Counted from the stretch's first letter, positions 9,725-19,934 are shown. The stretch is DNA of 64,000 bases from Chitinophagaceae bacterium (GCA_025360525.1 JANYCA010000144.1:12071-76070); one strand, 5' to 3'. Numbers and translations: made by a program. Notes: a model not told the origin generated them from the sequence alone.

Positions 9725-11149
9725 ATGAAAAAGCCAAACGCCATTAGAAGTTTTCCGTTACTTGAACAATATTTAATACGGGTAAGGTACAACAGTTTAA
9801 GAAAGTGCAACACCGCAATAAAACTCATTTTACCAACAACATTGGTTGTACTATTTAGCGCCTGCAGCGTTGCTAAAAAAATTAACCGACAGGCGGATGT
9901 CATTTTATTAAAAGATTCGGTTATCAGCAGCGGATATATCGGGATTAGTATTTACGAACCTGCTGCTGATAAATATTGGTACAATTTAAATGCTACCAAA
10001 TACTTTACACCTGCCAGTAACACCAAACTTTTTTCATTGTATGCCGGCTTAAAATATTTAGGAGATAGCTTAATTGCAGCAAGGTATTGGACACACGATA
10101 ATAATTTGTTTATCCTACCGGCAGGAGATCCTACTTTTTTACATCCTGATTTTAATAAACAGCCGTTACTGGATTTAATTAATGCAACAAGGGATACCAT
10201 TTTTATCTCTTTAAAAGATACTATAGCCTCCTACGGACAAGGCTGGGCTTGGGATGACTTTGACCAGGGATATGTGGCAGAAAGAAGCATGCTCCCGGTA
10301 TTGGGCAACCAGCTTTGGCTAAGCCCCAAACCTGTTTTACCAAAAAATATTTTATGGAATGGATTGCCAGATACAAAGCATTCTATCGCTGCTCAATCGC
10401 TGTACATTCAACCAGCTTATTTTACAAAAGATATTTGGTATCAAAAAAATAGCCTCTATGCAAGAAAGCAAAATGAAAATAAATTTTCAATAGATAGCAT
10501 CACAGGTTTAACAAACATCCCTTTTATCAGCAACAATGGAATTACGCAACTGGAAATACTGGGTGACATAACCCAAAATCCGATTAAATCATTTACCAGT
10601 GACTTAAAGCCCTACAAAGAATATAAAGTTTTAAAATCTCAGCCAACAGACTCCATGCTAACGCCGATGATGCACAACAGCGATAATTTTTTTGCAGAGC
10701 AAACCTTGCTAATGGCAAGCAACGAACACATTGGTTTTATGAATGATGCAGCGATTATTGATACCCTCCTAAAAAAAGATTTGATCGATATTCCACAAAA
10801 GCCAAGCTGGGTAGATGGCAGCGGCCTTAGCAGGTACAATTTGTTTACGCCGCAATCATTTGTTTACCTGCTCAATAAAATGAAAATTGAATTTGGACTG
10901 GAACGGTTGAAAACAATTTTACCTACCGGCGGAACCGGCACATTAAAAAAATATTATGTAACTGATAGCAGCTTTATTTATGCAAAAACAGGATCGCTAA
11001 GCGGTTGCATTGCATTAAGCGGCTATTTAATAACCCGAAAAAACAAGTTGCTCATTTTCTCTGTTTTAACTAATAATTTTAAAGGCCGTGCCACGGCAGT
11101 AAGGCGGGCGGTGGAAAAATTTATTAGTGGAGTTAGGCGGGATTATTAA
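9725..11149 (+). CDS. dacB: D-Ala-D-Ala carboxypeptidase/endopeptidase (peptidase S13), likely lipoprotein
   Basis: PASNTKL (SxxK), SDNFFAE (SxN), AKTGSL (KTG); LFSAC lipobox; start uncertain. Confidence 0.88.
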   Translation: MKKPNAIRSFPLLEQYLIRVRYNSLRKCNTAIKLILPTTLVVLFSACSVAKKINRQADVILLKDSVISSGYIGISIYEPAADKYWYNLNATKYFTPASNTKLFSLYAGLKYLGDSLIAARYWTHDNNLFILPAGDPTFLHPDFNKQPLLDLINATRDTIFISLKDTIASYGQGWAWDDFDQGYVAERSMLPVLGNQLWLSPKPVLPKNILWNGLPDTKHSIAAQSLYIQPAYFTKDIWYQKNSLYARKQNENKFSIDSITGLTNIPFISNNGITQLEILGDITQNPIKSFTSDLKPYKEYKVLKSQPTDSMLTPMMHNSDNFFAEQTLLMASNEHIGFMNDAAIIDTLLKKDLIDIPQKPSWVDGSGLSRYNLFTPQSFVYLLNKMKIEFGLERLKTILPTGGTGTLKKYYVTDSSFIYAKTGSLSGCIALSGYLITRKNKLLIFSVLTNNFKGRATAVRRAVEKFISGVRRDY

Positions 11150-11520
11150 AGATTGTTGCTGTTAAAAAAAGAACGATTGGCTACTGTTTTAATTTTCATT
11201 AATGGGGATTAATTATTTCGTTCGCAGGTTTAGGATCGGCCTCATAAAAAAGGCGTTAAGAAAATTTGAATGATTGTCGTTAAGAAATGAAATTGCTGTT
11301 ACCAATGACTGGATTTGCTTTTAGCCCGTAAGTTGCACATCTGCTCGGGAACATTCTGTCGCTCGAGCTAATTTCATTTTAGACAAACATTTAAATTTTT
11401 AGCCTTTTTTATGCAGCCTTGATTTTTTTTATTTCTTTTTTTTATCAAGAAAAAAAAGAAAATAGAGACTGACTATTCACCATATTGACTTTGCGAACTA
11501 AATAATTAATCCTATTCATC

Positions 11521-14037
11521 TTATTTACTTACAAACTCACCGGGATATTTTTGTAAAGATTTTTTATCCTTGTACACCAACTCGCCATTTACCCATACTT
11601 GTAAAATCCCATCCGACAAAGCTTTTGGATTTTGAATATTGGAATTATCCTTCACCGTTTCAGGATCAATCAACACCAAATCGGCATTATATCCAGCTGC
11701 AATAATTCCTCGGTTTTTTATGCCGGTATGCTCCGCTGCAAGTGCTGTCATTTTATGGATCGCATCTTCCCATGTCATAATTTTTTTCTCTTTCACATAC
11801 CTGCTCAAAACCCTTGTAAAACTTCCGTATCCCCTCGGATGTCCACCGTTAGCGCCATCAGAGCAAATATTGGTATGGCCCCAACTCAAAAAACTAATAA
11901 GATCATCCTCGGACATTGATTTACCCATGATGGCTTCCACTCCACTTGCATCGGGGTGCTGTATTTCATAATCTGCAGCTGTAGAAACCAAGTACAACAA
12001 GGTTTGTGGAGCAGTTTCTTTTCTTAACGCAGCAATGGCAGCAATGGTTTTTCCCTTGTAATTACTATCGGGGGCAAACCGAACCAATACGGAGCCACCG
12101 GCATCAAATAAATGTTCCGTGGCGTATGTTGCACCTCCTAAACTGGTAAAATCTTTTTTAGGAAACAACACCCTTAAGGTGCTGTTCCAAAAATCATATG
12201 GGTAACAATCAGCTGTAATATCAATTCCTTCTGAACGGGCAGCTTGTAATGCAGCGAGCAACTTTCCGCCAGTACCCCAATCATCTTTTAATGCAATTTT
12301 AATATGAGAAATCTGTACCGGTAATTTTGCTTCCCGGCCAATTTGGATGATCTCGTCGATGGCATCGGCCATGTTGATATCCTCACTTCGAATATGGCTG
12401 ATGTACCTTCCTTTTTCAGCAGCAGCTACTTTGGCCAGTTCAATTACTTCATTTCGGTCGCTGTAAAATCCTTCTTCATATTCCAACCCGGTTGAAAGGC
12501 CAAGCGAACCCTTTTGAAGATCATCCTTCAGCAGCTGTTTCATTTTTTCTAATTCTTCTGTTGAGGCTGGTCTGTTCAATTGATTAGCACCCATCACTTT
12601 TTCCCGTATGCTGGCGTGGCCGGTGTAGGTAGCAACGTTTATTGCAGAAGGATTTCTTTTTAATACGGCTTTGATACTGTCAACGGGATCGCTGCCACCG
12701 TCCTGTCCAGTAACAATAGTAGTAATTCCCTGGTTCAGTGCTGCCAACGCCTCCGGATATTTTGATAAGGAACCAACAAGATGGCTGTGACTATCGATAA
12801 AACCAGGTGCCAGTATTTTTCCGTTGCCACTTACAACATTTTCACCTGCAAATGCTGTTAAATTTCCAACTGCTATAATTTTTTTGCCCTCGATTCTGAT
12901 AGATGAATTTCTGGCGGGTGTTCCCGTTCCATCAATAAGGCGAACATTCTTTATCAGCGTAGTTAAGGGAACATCAATTGAATTGCCCTGCATAAATTGC
13001 CTGGCACTTCTGTTTGCAAGACCATTGCTGCCACTGCTTAATACAACCAGCGTCCGCTGATTTTTTATATCCCGATAAATTAAATTAATGAAACCTGCCC
13101 AGCCACCTGTATGCCAATACTGTTGCTGCCTGTCTTTATCTATAAACCAGCCAAAGCCATAGGGATATGTAGTGCCATCTTTTAATTTAACTGGCTCCAT
13201 GGCCTCAGCAAATGTTTCTTTCTTAACTAATTTTTCTGTGGTGAGACTTTGTTCCCATTTGTACAAATCTTCTACTGAAGAATAAATATTACCGTCACCA
13301 GTAACACCGTCGAAAGGGGTAAGATCATTCAGTTTTCTTTTTTCACCCAACTCCTCAAAACCATAAACATGATTGAGTGGAACTGATGGCATTAAAACAT
13401 GGTACATATAAGTATCTGTCAATCCTAGCGGAGTGGTGATATTCTTTTGCAAAAACGCATTCATGGGCATTTTACTAATGCGCTCAATAATACTCACTAG
13501 CAGGGCATAATTGGTATTGCAATATTGCCATTTAGTACCGGTTGCAAAATCAAGCGCCGGTTTGTGCAATGCATATAATTGTATCAATTTTTCGTTGGTA
13601 AGCGTGTCCAATGGACTTTTATACCTTTGAAAAACATCAAAGTATTCCGGAATACCCGATACATGCGTCATCAGGTTACGGATGCTAATATTATCATAAG
13701 GCAATTCCGGCAGGTACTTTTTGCAATCATCATCCAGTTGTAACTGTCTTCTTTCCTGCAGTATCAATACGCTCATGCAAATGAATTGTTTAGTTACCGA
13801 TGCCAGGTTAAATGCAGATGTGGTTTGCAGCGGCTTTTTGGTAGGGTAGTCAACAAAACCGAAGGCTTTTTTGTAAACAATTTTTCCCTTTTCAGCGTAC
13901 AATATTGTTCCATTAAATCGATTGGTTTTATAAAGACGGGTTAATGCCGCATCAAGGTTTTTAACATCCCCGGACAATTGGGCCTGCGTAAAAACAGATG
14001 AAAGAACGGCAAAAAGAAAAAAGAAAAGCTTGGTCAT
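11521..14037 (-). CDS. Fusion of a beta-lactamase-like serine hydrolase and an N-acyl-D-amino-acid deacylase-type amidohydrolase
   Basis: Signal peptide; FNLASVTKQF, YCN, HTGGW; then PGFIDSHSH, SHIRSE, SHIK, CSDG. Confidence 0.88.
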   Translation of the reverse strand: MTKLFFFLFAVLSSVFTQAQLSGDVKNLDAALTRLYKTNRFNGTILYAEKGKIVYKKAFGFVDYPTKKPLQTTSAFNLASVTKQFICMSVLILQERRQLQLDDDCKKYLPELPYDNISIRNLMTHVSGIPEYFDVFQRYKSPLDTLTNEKLIQLYALHKPALDFATGTKWQYCNTNYALLVSIIERISKMPMNAFLQKNITTPLGLTDTYMYHVLMPSVPLNHVYGFEELGEKRKLNDLTPFDGVTGDGNIYSSVEDLYKWEQSLTTEKLVKKETFAEAMEPVKLKDGTTYPYGFGWFIDKDRQQQYWHTGGWAGFINLIYRDIKNQRTLVVLSSGSNGLANRSARQFMQGNSIDVPLTTLIKNVRLIDGTGTPARNSSIRIEGKKIIAVGNLTAFAGENVVSGNGKILAPGFIDSHSHLVGSLSKYPEALAALNQGITTIVTGQDGGSDPVDSIKAVLKRNPSAINVATYTGHASIREKVMGANQLNRPASTEELEKMKQLLKDDLQKGSLGLSTGLEYEEGFYSDRNEVIELAKVAAAEKGRYISHIRSEDINMADAIDEIIQIGREAKLPVQISHIKIALKDDWGTGGKLLAALQAARSEGIDITADCYPYDFWNSTLRVLFPKKDFTSLGGATYATEHLFDAGGSVLVRFAPDSNYKGKTIAAIAALRKETAPQTLLYLVSTAADYEIQHPDASGVEAIMGKSMSEDDLISFLSWGHTNICSDGANGGHPRGYGSFTRVLSRYVKEKKIMTWEDAIHKMTALAAEHTGIKNRGIIAAGYNADLVLIDPETVKDNSNIQNPKALSDGILQVWVNGELVYKDKKSLQKYPGEFVSK

Positions 14038-14311
14038 TTTTTTAGGTTTGAGGCTAAAGTTAACAGGAAAAAGGGAGAAGCGAAGAATCAGTATCTCAAA
14101 GTAACCATAGATTTTTTTTTAAAAGTATCATCGACATGAAAAAGATATTTATCAGTCAATAAATAATTAGCATTATCCATAATTAAGCATTAAATTTAAT
14201 ACCCCTTTCCAAAGAAACGTTGTATGCAGCAGCATTATAAACCAATTGTTTTAATGAATGTTGGATAGGTGTTGATTACTGCATTCTAATCCAATTATTC
14301 GTTGTTAAACG

Positions 14312-14929
14312 ATGTATTTAATTACACGAATTAACTATAAAACATTTGTTATGAATAAGTATAAGGATATGCCAATTTATGGCCCGGTTTCAGATTCCTC
14401 AGCACATGAAAATGAAAATAATAATATCGTAGAAAAGGCAATAAATGAAAGAAAGTCAGGAGCAACTGAAAAAGATGTGCCAGCAAAAATTGCAAAAGAA
14501 AAATCCAGCACCAAAAAAAAATGGATGAATCAATTGCAAATCAATTCCGAGTTATATTCAACTCCAAATCAGGAAAATCAAGGAACCTCCCTCAATAATA
14601 ATATTTTTCGTCTTTGCATAAAAAACGGAGAATATGTGTATGCACGTGCCAATGATATTATTATGATTGAAAGTTGCGACCACATGGTAAAAGTGTACCT
14701 GGGAATTGATAATAAAGTTAGATTAACTACACGCCAAAATACCTTAAAGGATTTTCTGTCAAAGCTTCCTTCTGCACAATTTGTTCGCATTGGCCGCTTT
14801 TGTGCCATCAATATTCAGCGGCTATCCGGGGGTAATTGCAATAAACAAACTTTTGAATTTGATTATAAAATTTCCATAAATCCAAAACACGCTGTTGCAA
14901 ATAAAATCTTCACTGTTATTGGTAATTAA
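14312..14929 (+). CDS. LytTR DNA-binding domain protein without a receiver domain
   Basis: C-terminal DIIMIESCDHMVKVYL..TLKDFLSKLPSAQFVRIGRFCAINIQRL pattern; charged low-complexity N-terminus; start uncertain. Confidence 0.8.
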   Translation: MYLITRINYKTFVMNKYKDMPIYGPVSDSSAHENENNNIVEKAINERKSGATEKDVPAKIAKEKSSTKKKWMNQLQINSELYSTPNQENQGTSLNNNIFRLCIKNGEYVYARANDIIMIESCDHMVKVYLGIDNKVRLTTRQNTLKDFLSKLPSAQFVRIGRFCAINIQRLSGGNCNKQTFEFDYKISINPKHAVANKIFTVIGN

Positions 14930-14938
14930 AAAGAACTT

Positions 14939-14989
14939 GTTCACGTAATTATATTTTGCCTTCACGTACATAATTAATGTGTTCACGTT
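14939..14989 (+). promoter_or_regulatory. Three 9-bp direct repeats at 21-bp period (putative LytTR operator)
   Basis: GTTCACGTA (14939), CTTCACGTA (14960), GTTCACGTT (14981); 12-bp spacers. Confidence 0.75.
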
Positions 14990-15283
14990 ATTCCGCTTGT
15001 ATAAACTTACACTTGTTTCTATGTTTATACTACCTAAAGAGTTTAACGCTACCTGATAACACTAATAACATTAGCGAGAATAAATCTTACCCGGTGTTGC
15101 TAACCTGCATCCGTTAAAGATGCGTACTTTAATCAGTTTCGATTAAACGTATGAGATAATAAACAACCAGTATCTTTTTGTTCAGGTAACCCATGTGGTA
15201 GGTGATTCAGTGCATATAATTTCTAATTCTGTAGAGCGCAATTGATGCAGATCAAAAACTAAAATACGTCAATACTGGTAATT

Positions 15284-15832
15284 ATGATTTTTCAGGCTTG
15301 CGATATAATACGAACAGAATTGATAGCCGGGGGTGTTCCCAGCGAGTTGGGAAATATTGGGGAAATATTAGCCGGTAATAATCATGGGCAAGATAACAAC
15401 ATTATAATTTCTCTTATAAATATTGAAGAAAACAGGATTTCAAGAGATCCGCAGAATTATGTAAGAAATGGAACAGATATTTTAATGAAAAACCCTGCAG
15501 TTCATTTAAATCTAACCCTGCTTTTTACTTCGGTAAGAGAAGTAGGAGGCTATGGATTGGCATTGCAAAGTATACAGCAAACCATTGGATTTTTTCAAAA
15601 GAAGTATGTATTTGATCATGCCAATACTCCCTTGCTAGATGCCGGTATTGATAAATTGATTTTAGAAATGATCAGTTTTAATATGGAACAATTGCAGCAG
15701 CTATGGTCTATGCTGGGTGGTAAATATCATCCTTCGGTGGCTTATCGCATCAGGATGATTACTGTAGATAGTGTGACCAGTACTGATGGCCCGGTAATAA
15801 AAGAGATAGAAGCTATTCATCATTTAAAATAA
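15284..15832 (+). CDS. eCIS cap/tail-terminator protein, DUF4255 (Afp16/Pvc16-like)
   Basis: ISLINIEE, LNLTLLF, QTIGFFQ, QLWSMLGGKYHPSVAYRIRM motifs; first gene of the cluster. Confidence 0.88.
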   Translation: MIFQACDIIRTELIAGGVPSELGNIGEILAGNNHGQDNNIIISLINIEENRISRDPQNYVRNGTDILMKNPAVHLNLTLLFTSVREVGGYGLALQSIQQTIGFFQKKYVFDHANTPLLDAGIDKLILEMISFNMEQLQQLWSMLGGKYHPSVAYRIRMITVDSVTSTDGPVIKEIEAIHHLK

Positions 15833-15839
15833 TTATTGG

Positions 15840-16562
15840 GTGGATTCAATAAAAACGATATACACAGAGTTGTTTAATGTAAAACTTGAACATAAGGCGT
15901 ATTCGTCTGCAAAGGGCAATAGTATATTTAATGAATTACAAGTGGGTCCGGATGAAAATACAATGGCTTTATTTAAACGCTACGAAATGGATTACCGCTG
16001 TATTGACAATATGATTGTTTGCTTTATAAGAAGTGATCTTTTATCGCCACCTTTAAAAGAACCTAAAAAATCGTACGTGCTTTTAGTTGAAGCCTTTAAG
16101 GTGAGATTTTTACTAAAAGTTACCAGGGGGTTTTTAGATAAAACACAGGTGGCATCAACGGGTGTTAAAACAGTTTATTACTTTACTAACAAGATAAATA
16201 ATGTACAAAGCAGTAACAAGTACATTACCAAAGTAATTGAAACATTTAATGCTGCCAACAGCTATGATGCTGGCACCATTGTAAATAGTGCAGGTGCATC
16301 TTTTGCAGCTTTGCAACCAATAAAAAGTGTTGATTCGATAGCGATAAACAATACAGCTTTCTGGAAAAAACTATTACCGGTTGAGCAGGTGGTAAATAAC
16401 GCAGACTTACAGGATATAGCTGCAGTAAACCCATCGGAAAATTGCTTTGCGGTGGTAGACATTTTTAATACCGGCACTATAAATACCACCTATAATTTAT
16501 TTGGCAGTAGCCTTCAGCTGCTTAGCCCATTATATACCATTCCATTTAAAAGCAAAATATAA
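15840..16562 (+). CDS. eCIS-associated hypothetical protein (position of the AlgoCIS cap adaptor), with a CBM5/12-like insert
   Basis: Sits between DUF4255 and the sheath; internal FNAANSYDAGTIV..GASFAALQ..NTAFW segment. Confidence 0.55.
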   Translation: MDSIKTIYTELFNVKLEHKAYSSAKGNSIFNELQVGPDENTMALFKRYEMDYRCIDNMIVCFIRSDLLSPPLKEPKKSYVLLVEAFKVRFLLKVTRGFLDKTQVASTGVKTVYYFTNKINNVQSSNKYITKVIETFNAANSYDAGTIVNSAGASFAALQPIKSVDSIAINNTAFWKKLLPVEQVVNNADLQDIAAVNPSENCFAVVDIFNTGTINTTYNLFGSSLQLLSPLYTIPFKSKI

Positions 16563-16594
16563 ATTTGATCACATCATCATTAAACTATTAAAAA

Positions 16595-18016
16595 ATGTCT
16601 CAGATTAACGAAAGCGCCATTAAAACGCCGGGGGTGTATGTAAATGAAATACCTTCTTTTCCACCTTCGGTTGCACAGGTATCCACTGCAATACCGGTTT
16701 TTATTGGCTATACAGAAAAAGCCATTGATGCTGCAGGCAGTTCACTTACGAATAAACCTACCAAGATTTTTTCATTATTAGAATACATCCAGTATTTTGG
16801 TAAGGCATTCAATGAAACGGACATTAATTTAGCAGTAAATAAAACAACCGCCGGTGGCGTGGTAACGTCTGTAACTGCCAGTGCAGCTATTGTAACGCCA
16901 TCTACCCATAACATGTATTATTCCATGCGGTTGTATTTCGACAATGGCGGTGGCCCCTGTTACATACTGTCTGTTGGAGCATTGGGCATTGCAGGCACCA
17001 TTACCAATACTGACCTGGAGGCAGGCCTTGCTATTATTGAAGCATACGATGAACCTACCTTAATTATCTTTCCGGAAGGACATGCAATTAGTGAGATTAA
17101 CTATTATGCTATGATAGGAAAAGCAATCGACCAATGTGCCAAATTACAAGATCGCTTTACACTGGTGGATGTTTATCCTATGGCAGTTTTTACAACCACT
17201 ACAGCAGCTATATCACAATACAGAACCAGTTTTGGCAAAACTACCAATCTTAGTTACGGGGCTGCTTATTACCCTTATTTAAAAACCACTTTTGGCTACC
17301 AATACCTAGATACTGATGTAGATGTAACTATTACAACAGATGGCGTGGCGGCGGGCTCTGTTAAATTAAACACCTTGTTGGCGAGTGATAAAGCCACTTA
17401 CTTTACTGCAGTTGGTGCAATTCAAAAGTTAGTGATTTCGTTACCGCCGTCTGCTGCTGTAGCCGGCGTTTACGCTGCTGTTGATGGCTCAAGAGGTGTA
17501 TGGAAAGCTCCTGCCAATGTTTCACTTACATCCGTTTTTGATATTACAGATATTGTTACCGATCAGGAACAGGAAACCATGAATATTGATGCAGACTCAG
17601 GCAAATCAGTTAATGCTATCAGGGCATTTTCCGGCAAAGGAATTTTAATATGGGGCGCCAGAACCCTGGATGGTAACAGCAATGAATGGAGATACATTTC
17701 AGTTCGCCGTTTCTTTATAATGGTAGAAGAGTCAGTAAAAAAAGCAACCGGCCAGTTTGTATTTGAACCCAATGATGCCAACACCTGGGTAAGGTTAAGG
17801 GCAATGATTGAAAATTACCTGACACTTTTATGGAGACAAGGTGCACTAGCCGGCGCCAAACCCGAACATGCGTTTTTTGTAAAGGTGGGCTTAGGCCAAA
17901 CAATGACTGCCATAGATATCCTTGAAGGAAGATTGATAGTAGAAATTGGCATGGCTGCAGTTCGTCCGGCTGAATTTATTATACTTCGTTTCATGCACAA
18001 AATGCAGGAATCATAA
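16595..18016 (+). CDS. eCIS contractile sheath protein (Afp2/3/4-like)
   Basis: TPGVYVNE, TAIPVFIGYT, RGVWKAPAN, IWGARTL, WRYISVRR, PAEFII motifs. Confidence 0.97.
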   Translation: MSQINESAIKTPGVYVNEIPSFPPSVAQVSTAIPVFIGYTEKAIDAAGSSLTNKPTKIFSLLEYIQYFGKAFNETDINLAVNKTTAGGVVTSVTASAAIVTPSTHNMYYSMRLYFDNGGGPCYILSVGALGIAGTITNTDLEAGLAIIEAYDEPTLIIFPEGHAISEINYYAMIGKAIDQCAKLQDRFTLVDVYPMAVFTTTTAAISQYRTSFGKTTNLSYGAAYYPYLKTTFGYQYLDTDVDVTITTDGVAAGSVKLNTLLASDKATYFTAVGAIQKLVISLPPSAAVAGVYAAVDGSRGVWKAPANVSLTSVFDITDIVTDQEQETMNIDADSGKSVNAIRAFSGKGILIWGARTLDGNSNEWRYISVRRFFIMVEESVKKATGQFVFEPNDANTWVRLRAMIENYLTLLWRQGALAGAKPEHAFFVKVGLGQTMTAIDILEGRLIVEIGMAAVRPAEFIILRFMHKMQES

Positions 18017-18034
18017 CGCCGTTTGTTCACCAAT

Positions 18035-18062
18035 AACCCCGGGTGCCCTGGCAGTCGGGGTT
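18035..18062 (+). other. GC-rich hairpin between the sheath and tube genes
   Basis: AACCCCG (18035-18041) pairs with CGGGGTT (18056-18062); weak U-tract. Confidence 0.45.
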
Positions 18063-18112
18063 TACATTCATAAATCGTAATTCTTATATTATAAATTAAA
18101 AATCAAATTATC

Positions 18113-18544
18113 ATGGCAACATATCCCATACCAAAGTTTCATTTTCGTGTTGAATGGGGTGGAACACGTATCGGTTTTACAGAAGTAACCGGTTTGGAAG
18201 TTAGTACAGATGTTATTGAATACCGGGATGGCGCAAGCCCCGAATACTCAAAAATTAAAATGCCGGGCATGCAAAAATTCGGCAACATTACCATGAAGCG
18301 TGGCACTTTCGCCCATGATAATGAATACTACAATTGGTGGAATACACATGCCCTTAATACAATTGAGCGAAGAGACATCACCATTAGTTTGCTGAACGAA
18401 ACCCACGAGCCTGTAGTGGTATGGAAAGTGAAAAATGCCTGGCCTGTAAAAGTACAATCAACCGACCTTAAGGGAGATGGTAATGAAGTTGCCATTGAAA
18501 CAATTGAAATAGCCCACGAAGGCCTTACCATTCAAAATGATTAA
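18113..18544 (+). CDS. eCIS tail tube protein (Afp1-like, T4 gp19 family)
   Basis: YPIPKFHFRVEW, GFTEVTGL, ITMKRG, WKVKNAWPVK, VAIETIEIAHEG. Confidence 0.96.
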   Translation: MATYPIPKFHFRVEWGGTRIGFTEVTGLEVSTDVIEYRDGASPEYSKIKMPGMQKFGNITMKRGTFAHDNEYYNWWNTHALNTIERRDITISLLNETHEPVVVWKVKNAWPVKVQSTDLKGDGNEVAIETIEIAHEGLTIQND

Positions 18545-18546
18545 GC

Positions 18547-19041
18547 ATGGATCTTTTTGCACCACCGGTTGGATTTCACTTTTTAGTTGTGTTTGAATTA
18601 TTCCCTCAAACCCCGCAGGACTTTCGCTTTCAGGAAGTATCTGGGTTGGATGTGGAGATTGAAATGGAACCGGTAAAGGAAGGTGGCCAAAACAGGTTCA
18701 CCCACCAGTTACCTGTAAGAAACCGCTATACAGATATTACCTTAAAACGGGGGCTGTTTATCGGATCGGGTATTACACTGTGGTGCAAAAATGCTATTGA
18801 AGATTTCCTGTTTGTTCCAACCAATGTATTGATATCATTACTGACACCGGAACATATACCACTGCAATCATGGTATGTGGTAAATGCGGTGCCTAAAAAA
18901 ATACAGGTTTCTAATTTTAATGCACAGGAAAATTCCGTAGTAATTGAGTCGTTGGTTTTAAGCTATAATTATTTTACAACCATTGGTGTTGAATCATTAA
19001 TTGGCGGTGCAGCCTCCTTGAGTGCGGGTGTATCAATCTAA
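18547..19041 (+). CDS. eCIS second tube/tube-initiator protein (Afp5-like)
   Basis: PPVGFHFLV, FQEVSGL, EGGQNRF, ITLKRG, FNAQENSVVIESLVLSY. Confidence 0.93.
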   Translation: MDLFAPPVGFHFLVVFELFPQTPQDFRFQEVSGLDVEIEMEPVKEGGQNRFTHQLPVRNRYTDITLKRGLFIGSGITLWCKNAIEDFLFVPTNVLISLLTPEHIPLQSWYVVNAVPKKIQVSNFNAQENSVVIESLVLSYNYFTTIGVESLIGGAASLSAGVSI

Positions 19042-19050
19042 CTTTTTTTT

Positions 19051-19218
19051 ATGCCTATCGAAATAAAAGAACTACTGATTAAAGCGGTTGTATCCGATAC
19101 TACCAAACAAAATAACAGTCAGCCTGTCGGTATAAATATGGCCAAAATAAAAAACGACCTCACAAAGGAAATTACTGAAAAAGTATTACAAATGCTTAAA
19201 GAAAAAAATGAACGATAA
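19051..19218 (+). CDS. Small eCIS protein, DUF5908/Afp6-like (55 aa, missing from the ORF track)
   Basis: MPIEIKELLIKAVV...EITEKVLQMLKEKNER*; stop overlaps the next ATG (TAATG). Confidence 0.8.
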   Translation: MPIEIKELLIKAVVSDTTKQNNSQPVGINMAKIKNDLTKEITEKVLQMLKEKNER

Positions 19219-19922
19219 TGACTGGCAAGCTGGATAAAATGCAATTGCAGGCATATACGGATGAGGCCTTTTCTTCAAAAAAAGGGGAGCCTTTTTTTGT
19301 GCTGATAAACCCGGAATCTTATTCAATAAAATACAGGGTTGAACAAACAGAAAGCCAGGGACAGGGTACCTCACATCCACAATTACACTTTAATAAAATT
19401 CTTGCCCAGGATATACATTTTGATTTTGTTTTTGACAGTTCCGGGGTTGTAGTAAAGCCTGCTTTGTTACAAATTGGTATTGTAAATCCATTTGCTGAAA
19501 CTGAAAATATTATAGACCAGATTGAGATTTTTAAACAACTGATGCTCTACTATCAAAGTGAAACACACCGGCCAAATTTTGTAGCACTAAAATGGGGCAC
19601 ACTATTGTTTAAAGGGCAAATGACTTCAATGGATATTGACTACAAATTGTTTAAGCCTGATGGCACTCCCATCAGGGCTTTAGCAAAGGTAGATTTTAGG
19701 GGATTTATTGAGGAAGATTTAAGGGTAGCAAAAGAAAATTCTTTATCGCCTGATATTACCCATCAACGTTTATTTAAAGCAGATGACCGGTTTGATCTGG
19801 TTGTTGGCAGGATATATCAAAAACCCCAATATTATATAGATGTGGCAAAAGCAAACGGGCTAATAAGTTTCCGAAAAATTAAAACAGGAACAAAATTATT
19901 TTTTCCACCAGTCGAAAAATAA
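19218..19922 (+). CDS. eCIS Afp7-like tube/spike-initiator protein with a C-terminal LysM-like segment
   Basis: VLINPESY, LKWGTLLFKG, FKPDGTPIRA, YYIDVAKANGL. Confidence 0.9.
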   Translation: MTGKLDKMQLQAYTDEAFSSKKGEPFFVLINPESYSIKYRVEQTESQGQGTSHPQLHFNKILAQDIHFDFVFDSSGVVVKPALLQIGIVNPFAETENIIDQIEIFKQLMLYYQSETHRPNFVALKWGTLLFKGQMTSMDIDYKLFKPDGTPIRALAKVDFRGFIEEDLRVAKENSLSPDITHQRLFKADDRFDLVVGRIYQKPQYYIDVAKANGLISFRKIKTGTKLFFPPVEK

Positions 19923-19934
19923 CATGTACACTTT

